Source: Candidatus Thalassarchaeum sp. (GTDB taxonomy: Archaea; Thermoplasmatota; Poseidoniia; Poseidoniales; Thalassarchaeaceae). From it: 64,000 nt of DNA. Shown here one piece after another: positions 21,193-27,908 of this stretch. The stretch's first letter is position 1. The number at the start of each line of letters is the position of its first letter. The position numbers and the translations under genes were made by a program. The notes under the pieces were generated by a model that was not told the origin of the DNA, made no database searches, and saw only the letters and a program-made list of their open reading frames with translations. The DNA lies in NCBI GenBank assembly GCA_045559735.1, contig JBJLJN010000014.1:15451-79450 (forward strand). Reading direction: 5' to 3'.

Positions 21193-21456
21193 CTACAGGC
21201 GCTTGGTTCCGCTCTTGCTTACGTTGGCCTTCTTGATTTTAGCCGGTAGCCATGCAGGCCCGTTCTTGGGCTTATTCACCATCTCAGTCCAGCCCTTGAA
21301 GCAGTGGACCTTGTTGGTCCCGCGCTCCCTGAGCTCTATATTGGTGTGTCCGCGCGTAGCTGCCTTGAGGGCCGCTCCGCGTGGCTGCTTGCTAACGAAC
21401 ACCTGTGTGGTGTCATTTCCGCCTTCCATCAGTACGAAGTATTTCTTTCCAGACAT
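21193..21456 (-). CDS. Archaeal chromosomal protein MC1
   Basis: Near-complete match to the MC1 signature: FVL..GG....VF.SKQPRGAALKAATRG and LRERGTNKVHCFKGW.EMVNKPKNGPAWLPAKI. GGAGG Shine-Dalgarno 8 nt upstream of the ATG. Confidence 0.85.
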   Translation of the reverse strand: MSGKKYFVLMEGGNDTTQVFVSKQPRGAALKAATRGHTNIELRERGTNKVHCFKGWTEMVNKPKNGPAWLPAKIKKANVSKSGTKRL

Positions 21457-21540
21457 GTAGCAATTCCTCCGTCTCGTCGGCTCTCAAAAGAGATAATGAA
21501 GTTATGGGATGAAATTCGCTATACTGCGCCCCAATTGAGG

Positions 21541-21566
21541 GTTTTTAGAAAAAACCGCTAATACAT
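21541..21566 (-). terminator. Oligo-T run (TTTTTT) immediately 3' of the RAM-domain gene stop; archaeal-type terminator candidate
   Basis: Minus-strand sequence after the stop reads ATGTATTAGCGGTTTTTTCTAAAAAC. Confidence 0.35.
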
Positions 21567-21800
21567 TCACATCTCTGCGCAGGCCAGTGTTTTCGTGTTT
21601 GAAACCCCGGGAATTGATCTAATTTGCTCCACAACGCTTCTCGCGATGTCACCCATATCCTTCCCCTCAAGTTTGATTATGAGATCATAATCGCCGAAGA
21701 GCAGATTGGTATCAGATACACAATCAAGGGACGCTGCGGCATCGCAGACACTCTTCTCAAAACCAGGCTCGACATTTACAAGCACATAGCCCGATGACAT
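21567..21800 (-). CDS. Stand-alone Lrp/AsnC ligand-binding (RAM) domain protein, about 77 aa
   Basis: MSSGYVLVNVEPGFEKSVCDAAASLDCVSDTNLLFGDYDLIIKLEGKDMGDIARSVVEQIRSIPGVSNTKT matches the AsnC_trans_reg fold pattern. The 184-aa track ORF (21567..22121) extends into the macro gene on the other strand and has no HTH, so the short form starting at MSSGY is preferred. Confidence 0.5.
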   Translation of the reverse strand: MSSGYVLVNVEPGFEKSVCDAAASLDCVSDTNLLFGDYDLIIKLEGKDMGDIARSVVEQIRSIPGVSNTKTLACAEM

Positions 21801-21902
21801 AACCCTACGTACAAGGCACTCGCGAATCAAGGTTCCCCAATCCCCTGCGAATCTCAATGTTCCCGATGAATAGATATCCGATGGCCCCCTCCTTGGGAGC
21901 CT

Positions 21903-22544
21903 ATGGCGGAGGTAGTCATCGTCCGAGAGTGTAATCATGGCCAGGTCCGTGTACTGTTCGGCAACCTTACTCAGGTTGAGGGTGATGTGATGGTGGTCCC
22001 GGCCAATAACAGGCTCGCAGGCAGAGAGGGGCTGGACGAGCGAATGCACCAAGCCGCCGGGCCTGAACTCCGCGAGTTCTGTGCTGGAATAGCACGAGAG
22101 AGGAGGAAAGATAACCTGCAACCATGCGGAGTGGGAGAGGCTGTGACGACTCCTGCATTCAATCTACCAGCAGAGCATCTGGTCCACGTCGTCGGCCCCG
22201 ATTGCAGGAGGCCTACTCAGGACAACTTCAGGAGAGAGTTGCTGAGGAAGTCATACGATGCGCTTTTCGCACAACTGGAGGGGCTCAAGCCACGCAGCAC
22301 CCTAGTCACCCCTCCACTCGGCTTGGACGTCTTCGCATATCCCCTCAGAGAGGGTGCACGAATGACGATGGAGATTGTGCTAGAATGGATGGATGCAGAG
22401 GAAGACCCGGGTGTAGACATGGTTCTGATTGTGACCAATGAGAATAACTTCCTGACCAACATGAAGACCGTTTACAGGGAAACCGAGGACCGATTTCCCG
22501 GGGTCGACAGAACGAGGGAATACCGAAAGGGCAAGTTCCAGTGA
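21903..22544 (+). CDS. Macro-domain (ADP-ribose/O-acetyl-ADP-ribose binding/hydrolase) protein
   Basis: GNLTQVEGDVMVVPANNRLAGREGLDERMHQAAGPEL and GEAVTTPAFNLPAEHLVHVVGP match the Af1521-type macro-domain signature. Confidence 0.8.
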   Translation: MAEVVIVRECNHGQVRVLFGNLTQVEGDVMVVPANNRLAGREGLDERMHQAAGPELREFCAGIARERRKDNLQPCGVGEAVTTPAFNLPAEHLVHVVGPDCRRPTQDNFRRELLRKSYDALFAQLEGLKPRSTLVTPPLGLDVFAYPLREGARMTMEIVLEWMDAEEDPGVDMVLIVTNENNFLTNMKTVYRETEDRFPGVDRTREYRKGKFQ

Positions 22545-22588
22545 TTGCTCACCAATGTCCTCAAGAACCCTGAGAATGCGATAGCCCC

Positions 22589-23170
22589 GTGGGCCGTGTA
22601 TACGAACGAGAGCTTAGAGCCGTTCTAGCCGGGGAGATAAAAGGAGTCAGGGCCATCATCAAATCCTGCACCGAATTAGAGAGAGCCCGGGCGATGCAGG
22701 TGGTCCAGAGGCCATTCCTAGTAGTCAGAGCACCGGGTAGCGGCTCAGAAGGGACGGGGGATCTGCTCGCGCTGCGGGGAGACATGTGCTTTCCGATTGA
22801 GGTGAAGTCTTCGAAGTCGCCCAAGCAGTATCTATCGGGCCGCACCATGCACCAGTACGAAGCCTTGCGCGAGACTGGCGAGAGGTGCGGTCTGCTGCCG
22901 CTCTATGCATATCGCCTCAAAGGAGTCAGGGGGGATAGTTGGAGAATCATGCGCGTAGAGGTCAAATCATTGACTGGGAAGTTGCGCCACTTATCCAGAA
23001 GCATCCCGAAGCTCCCACTGACAAAGAATGACACACCGCATCTCGATTGGCAGAAGGGTATGCCTCTACACAGGTTCCTAGCACTGGTATGTCGCTCGGA
23101 CGGAGCCCGATCGATAGACGAGGGTTCTGCTTCAATCAGACTGGAGTCGATTATCGAGTCGACTAACTAG
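22589..23170 (+). CDS. hjc: Hjc-like Holliday-junction resolvase (restriction-endonuclease fold) with about 20-aa insertion and about 60-aa C-terminal extension
   Basis: ERELRAVL, VVRAPGSGSEGTGDLLA and IEVKSS motifs give the E...D...E-x-K catalytic set in Hjc order. 193 aa versus about 130-140 for canonical Hjc. Confidence 0.65.
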   Translation: MGRVYERELRAVLAGEIKGVRAIIKSCTELERARAMQVVQRPFLVVRAPGSGSEGTGDLLALRGDMCFPIEVKSSKSPKQYLSGRTMHQYEALRETGERCGLLPLYAYRLKGVRGDSWRIMRVEVKSLTGKLRHLSRSIPKLPLTKNDTPHLDWQKGMPLHRFLALVCRSDGARSIDEGSASIRLESIIESTN

Positions 23171-23348
23171 GGCCTCCAGACATCTCTGAATCTATCTTGT
23201 CCAGCCTCTCTGTCAAGCGCTCTATGTTCTCCTTTACCCCCTCCATAGATGCCTGCTCGAGGATTCTGCGAATGCTGTCTCGCTCTCGTCTCAGCGAGTC
23301 TATCTTCCTGCTTTCGCTCTTTGAGCGACCGTTGGCTGACTCCGACAT
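23163..23348 (-). CDS. Small charged coiled-coil ORF (61 aa); doubtful
   Basis: Overlaps the hjc 3' end by 8 nt. Heptad-like charged sequence. No motif. Confidence 0.2.
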   Translation of the reverse strand: MSESANGRSKSESRKIDSLRRERDSIRRILEQASMEGVKENIERLTERLDKIDSEMSGGPS

Positions 23349-23427
23349 GAATAGGCGACGGGGTCTGACCTCATTTGCTTAGCGCATACAGACGCAGGTT
23401 GAATAGGGAAAATACCGCCCCTGAGTC

Positions 23428-24930
23428 GTGGAACCGGGACAACGGAGTTACTTGTTGCCTCTGCTCACGCTGTCGCTTCTGTACCTATTCGGAACGCCGC
23501 TGTGGGTCATTGTGATGGTGACTGTGTGGTACCTAACGCTGCTTTGGCTGGAAGATGGCGGGATTCTCGATCAGTACGAAATTTCAAGGGTTCTCGGAGT
23601 GATCCTGATGGTCAGGACCAAGCAGGGACAGGGGGTTCTTGAGAGAGTCTCTATGAATCGATCATTCTGGAGAGGCTTCGGTGAGTTCTCAATCTGGCTT
23701 TGTTTGTTCATCATGATTGGTGTGGTTGCTCTACTAATCGCCTCAGCCATATCCACTGCCATGTCACCTCCTGAGGATTACTTACCCGCAAGCGATCTTC
23801 TGCTGATACCCGGAGTGACTAGCTTCGTCCCATTCTGGTGGCCTGTAATAGCTCTGATTTTCGCTCTAGTAATCCATGAATACAGCCACGGGATACAAGC
23901 CAGAGCTCATGGTATGCGTGTGCGTAGCTTCGGGCTGCTATTGGCCGGACCCATTCCCATAGGGGCCTTCGCAGAGCCCCAGCAGCATGAGATGGAAAGG
24001 GCTCCATTGAGAGAAAGGATGCGTCTGTATGCTGCTGGTCCCTCAATTAATATCATCGCGACATACCTGACTCTCTTGCTTCTCTCGGCTGCGTCAACCG
24101 GACTAGTGGCGAGTTCTCCAGGAGTTTACGCGTCTGGGATTATTGCCGATGAGGGTGCAGAGGGGGGAGGTTTGCTTCCCTACGAGATAATCACTCACAT
24201 CGATGGAGCTCCCATCTCGGGATACTCTGACTTCTCGGATGAGATGTCAGCACTCTCTGCTGATGACTCGTCAGTATTTACGGTGCTGTCACATCCGGAC
24301 TCACAGGGAGAAAGAACTCAGAGAGATGTTGAGGTTACTCTAGGGGATCGTCACGACTACTACATCGGATTATGCGAAGGAGATTCTGCTTGCATCGAAG
24401 ATACTGAGGCGCTTCTAACAGAATTAGGGATCGAACAGGGTGACGCCTTCCTCGGAGTGAGTGGACTTCGTTCGACTTCGAACACCATCGACATGTACTC
24501 CAGTATCGTCTCATCTGATCGCGGACTGTTAGAGAACACACTCGTTACCGGTCTAGCTCCTCTAGGGATGATTGGAGTCCCAATTGCCTACGATGGTCAG
24601 ACTATACTGCTTGAGGAGAGGGGAATGCTCGAGGCAGGAGATGGTGTCATCGCGTCTGCTCTGGGAACTGAGGGTATGCTAATGCTCTTCGATTTCCTTT
24701 TCTGGATGGTTTGGATTAATTTCCTATTGGGTTTTGCCAATCTGATTCCGATGGTTCCCTTTGATGGAGGTCACATTGTCAAGGACGGGGTTCACTCGGT
24801 GCTATCTCGATTTTTCAAGGGTGCGAATCCGCTACGAATCGAATCAATTGCGGGAAGGATTAGCAGTATGAGCAGTTTCGTAGTGCTATTCATCGTCATC
24901 CTGCCAATCATCCTGCCCAGACTGGTCTGA
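23428..24930 (+). CDS. Site-2 protease family (M50) membrane metalloprotease with PDZ insertion
   Basis: HEYSHG (HExxH). FANLIPMVPFDGGH (LDG motif). Polytopic. Central soluble domain of about 200 aa. Confidence 0.85.
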   Translation: MEPGQRSYLLPLLTLSLLYLFGTPLWVIVMVTVWYLTLLWLEDGGILDQYEISRVLGVILMVRTKQGQGVLERVSMNRSFWRGFGEFSIWLCLFIMIGVVALLIASAISTAMSPPEDYLPASDLLLIPGVTSFVPFWWPVIALIFALVIHEYSHGIQARAHGMRVRSFGLLLAGPIPIGAFAEPQQHEMERAPLRERMRLYAAGPSINIIATYLTLLLLSAASTGLVASSPGVYASGIIADEGAEGGGLLPYEIITHIDGAPISGYSDFSDEMSALSADDSSVFTVLSHPDSQGERTQRDVEVTLGDRHDYYIGLCEGDSACIEDTEALLTELGIEQGDAFLGVSGLRSTSNTIDMYSSIVSSDRGLLENTLVTGLAPLGMIGVPIAYDGQTILLEERGMLEAGDGVIASALGTEGMLMLFDFLFWMVWINFLLGFANLIPMVPFDGGHIVKDGVHSVLSRFFKGANPLRIESIAGRISSMSSFVVLFIVILPIILPRLV

Positions 24931-24934
24931 TGCT

Positions 24935-25750
24935 TCAAGACTCACCTCTCCTGCGCTCGGTGATTGCTTCCATCAGGTATGGTGTTGCGACGATTAGCGC
25001 GAATACTATTGCTAGACTTCTCCAAGTTGAATCGGTGACCTGTGTAGAGGTACCTGAGATTGCCAGTTTGGCTGCTCCGAGCCATGGAATCTCGGTTGCA
25101 GCAATGCCGATGATCCATTCGTCCTTGACAGATAGAACGGGGTTTCCGCTCTCGTCCTTCAGACCATTGCCACGGATGTAGGTCTCGCTAGCCTCGGGGT
25201 TGGTAGCCCTGAGTTGATCGATATTGCATCCATTGCTGTCAGGGTTATCTCCTGTAGTGAGGTATCCCTCATGTGATGGCTCCCAACTGTCTATCTTCAG
25301 ATTGTAGGTTCCACCGTGGTAATAACATTCGTAGTCTAGCGTCCAAGTAATGCTGTCTAAATTCACCAGAGGAGTTCCCGGAACATCCCAGCCACCTGAT
25401 GAATTGGCTACTGCCTTTAGAAGAGCCCTGTGAATTACAGGGGTGTCAGAGCCTCCGTTCTTACGGTAGATGATGACATCCCCTGCCATGCCATGGGACT
25501 CATAGCCAAAGTTCTCATTGCCTTCTTCGGTAGCCTCGACATAGGTAACTATCTCGACTCTGTCCGGATTCATCACAAGAATCAGATCACCGGGATCGAT
25601 AGCTCCCACAGAGCCTTCGTCTTCATGCATCATCGACCCTGACTCTACCACGACCATCGGAGGGAATGAGCCTGTTGCGGCCCACATAGAGCCCAGAAGG
25701 ATGGTCACTAGGCCGATTGCAAGTGTCGCTTCCCTAGCGAACTCTGTCAT
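24935..25750 (-). CDS. Signal peptidase I, archaeal/eukaryotic Sec11 type (S26B)
   Basis: N-terminal TM. VVVESGSMMHEDEG with catalytic Ser, GDLILV, HRALL (His). C-terminal TM. Confidence 0.8.
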   Translation of the reverse strand: MTEFAREATLAIGLVTILLGSMWAATGSFPPMVVVESGSMMHEDEGSVGAIDPGDLILVMNPDRVEIVTYVEATEEGNENFGYESHGMAGDVIIYRKNGGSDTPVIHRALLKAVANSSGGWDVPGTPLVNLDSITWTLDYECYYHGGTYNLKIDSWEPSHEGYLTTGDNPDSNGCNIDQLRATNPEASETYIRGNGLKDESGNPVLSVKDEWIIGIAATEIPWLGAAKLAISGTSTQVTDSTWRSLAIVFALIVATPYLMEAITERRRGES

Positions 25751-26578
25751 CTATTCCTCCTCCTCAAAAGAAGATTGTACCGGTCTAGTCGAGAACAACA
25801 GGGCTGGGCAGACCATCAGTAGCAGGATGCTAACAGCGTCATAGTATGGGGACGGTTCGAGAACCGTCGAGAACTCGTACAGTGAAGCTGTCAGATCCAA
25901 TGTGTGATCCATCTGGCCGCTCGGACCTCTGAACATTCCGAGTGCCGAGTTAGCAACGATGCCGAGAGCGAAGAGCGAGGATGTGATGATGATTGCCTGA
26001 TTGACGACTGGTTTCCTGAGTGCGTGCAGTCCGGGCAGGGTTCGAGAGAGTAGAGAATCAGTAGTATTCCACCATGTGTTGTCATCGGCTGGCAGAGAAC
26101 TGGCTGCTTCACCAGTGGCCGCGAAGTGTGGCCTTATTGGCGTAATAGCATCAACTCTGTACTTCTTCCCGATTTTGATGTTGTGGACCTGATAGAGCCC
26201 CATGAGGCGAGCCTGATAGTTCGTTCCCAGCATATCGGCTGCATCCTCGGCCTCCTTTCGGCGACGCAGAACCTCTGGTCTGGAGTCGATTAGCAGAATG
26301 TCTTCCAGAATCTGCTTCTGACCCCAATAGACGAAGAACTCGGGAGCGGCATAGAAGGCGACTATGAGGCCGCCGACGAACGCCAACCAACTCCATGGAA
26401 TCAGATGCTGCAAATCTGGGTCACTGTAGCCTCCCAATATGAACAGGAAGACGAAGCCCCAGACGAGGGAAGCGGCGGAGAGAATGGTAGAATACATGAT
26501 GATGGCGAAGTGTCGATCACTCTGATTCTGCCACCAACGACCGATGAAACTCTGCTTGGAGGTACCTCTGCTCGCCAT
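25751..26578 (-). CDS. Hypothetical 4-TM membrane protein, co-transcribed (zero-gap) with signal peptidase I
   Basis: Two N-terminal and two C-terminal hydrophobic helices around a cytoplasmic domain. Acidic EEEE terminus. No motif recognised. Confidence 0.4.
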   Translation of the reverse strand: MASRGTSKQSFIGRWWQNQSDRHFAIIMYSTILSAASLVWGFVFLFILGGYSDPDLQHLIPWSWLAFVGGLIVAFYAAPEFFVYWGQKQILEDILLIDSRPEVLRRRKEAEDAADMLGTNYQARLMGLYQVHNIKIGKKYRVDAITPIRPHFAATGEAASSLPADDNTWWNTTDSLLSRTLPGLHALRKPVVNQAIIITSSLFALGIVANSALGMFRGPSGQMDHTLDLTASLYEFSTVLEPSPYYDAVSILLLMVCPALLFSTRPVQSSFEEEE

Positions 26579-26681
26579 TTCTCTCTGCCCGGCGTCATGC
26601 TCTCCCGATTAGTGCCTTCCGACGAGTAGTTCAAGCCAAAGTTGGCTCTTCTACAGACACAAATTCTGCTCCGATTGGTTC

Positions 26682-27866
26682 ATGTGCTTTACTCAGACTG
26701 GCGATTCGATGCGCGAATGGGCCTCTGCTTTGCTCGTCTGTGCTCTTCTAGTCATAGGGTGCACATCTCCCCCTCCACCCGACATGGATAATGACGGAAT
26801 CACCGATTCCGAGGATGTTGATGTCGATGGAGATGGATACAACAACACTGTCGAGCTCGATTGCATGAGTGATGCTTGGAACTCAACCTCAACCCCGTCT
26901 GACATCGATGGAGATGGCGAATGCGACGCAATTGACTCGGATATCGACGGGGACGGCCTACCTAACGAGTGGGAAGAGGAGCGGGGTTTCGATCCTCTGG
27001 ATTCTGACAGTATGATGTCATGTCACGGAGAGGCGGTTTACTGCCTGAGGACATACGATGACTTCACATTCCCGGAGACACACAATGCGTACTCTACTGT
27101 CGAGGACCAGTTCCTAATTGGAGTTAACCACTACACCGGACTACAATGGCAGTGGGACGATGGTATCAGGGCATTCATGGTCGACTCGCATCACCGTAGC
27201 TACGAAAATACCAGTGCAGAGGATGTGAGATTCTGCCACGGAACTGGGCAGTTCTTCCATCCCTGCCAGTTCGGTGAGGCCGATGCTTTCGAGTGGATTA
27301 GTCTACTTGGCTCACTGATGAACAACAGCAGCGGTGACGTGGTCACGCTGCTGATTGAGAACTATGTTCCAGCAGAACATCTAGAATTCCTGTTCAAGGA
27401 GACGGGGATGTACGAGAGAATCTACACGCATACCTTCGGTGAGCCTTGGCCCAGCTTGGGTGATTTGGTTCTGGCAGGAACTGATCTGGTGGTGTTCTGG
27501 GAGCAGTCGCAGAATGACGATTTCCCTTGGCTACATGACTTCGGTGTATTCAGTTGGACTACCGACTACGCCGAGGACAATCCCGAGGACATGACTTGCA
27601 CAGTATACCGAGGAGACGGGGCGCAACCGGTCTGGCACTTGAACAACTGGCTGACCAGCGCATTTGGGCTGCCCGACCCAATCAGAGCCGTTGATGTCAA
27701 TGACTACGACAATCTCCTAGAGAGGGCGCTTGAATGCTGGGAGATAATGGACAACAGGCCGACGTTCATCGCTGTTGACTACTGGGAGGAAGGAGAAATC
27801 ACCAATGTGACAATCACCATGAACAAGATGTCGCATTGGTCCGACCTGGTTCCCGAGCACCCTTAG
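26682..27866 (+). CDS. Lipoprotein with thrombospondin type-3-like Ca-binding repeats and a PLC-like phosphodiesterase (PI-PLC X-box-like) domain
   Basis: Signal peptide plus lipobox LLVIGC. Four DxDxDGxxDxxD repeats. THNAYS ... GIRAFMVDSHH resembles the PLC X-box His/Arg active-site pattern. Confidence 0.5.
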   Translation: MCFTQTGDSMREWASALLVCALLVIGCTSPPPPDMDNDGITDSEDVDVDGDGYNNTVELDCMSDAWNSTSTPSDIDGDGECDAIDSDIDGDGLPNEWEEERGFDPLDSDSMMSCHGEAVYCLRTYDDFTFPETHNAYSTVEDQFLIGVNHYTGLQWQWDDGIRAFMVDSHHRSYENTSAEDVRFCHGTGQFFHPCQFGEADAFEWISLLGSLMNNSSGDVVTLLIENYVPAEHLEFLFKETGMYERIYTHTFGEPWPSLGDLVLAGTDLVVFWEQSQNDDFPWLHDFGVFSWTTDYAEDNPEDMTCTVYRGDGAQPVWHLNNWLTSAFGLPDPIRAVDVNDYDNLLERALECWEIMDNRPTFIAVDYWEEGEITNVTITMNKMSHWSDLVPEHP

Positions 27867-27908
27867 TCAGGTGCGAGGGTTTTCGGCTGTGCAATGAGGA
27901 GATGAGTC

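Noticed and set aside
22124-22462. ORFs 22124..22441 + (Arg/Cys-rich) and 22217..22462 - inside the macro-domain gene
   Set aside because: They overlap a gene with strong domain signatures. Their compositions are extreme (RRRPRL..., Ser-rich), which is typical of alternative frames.
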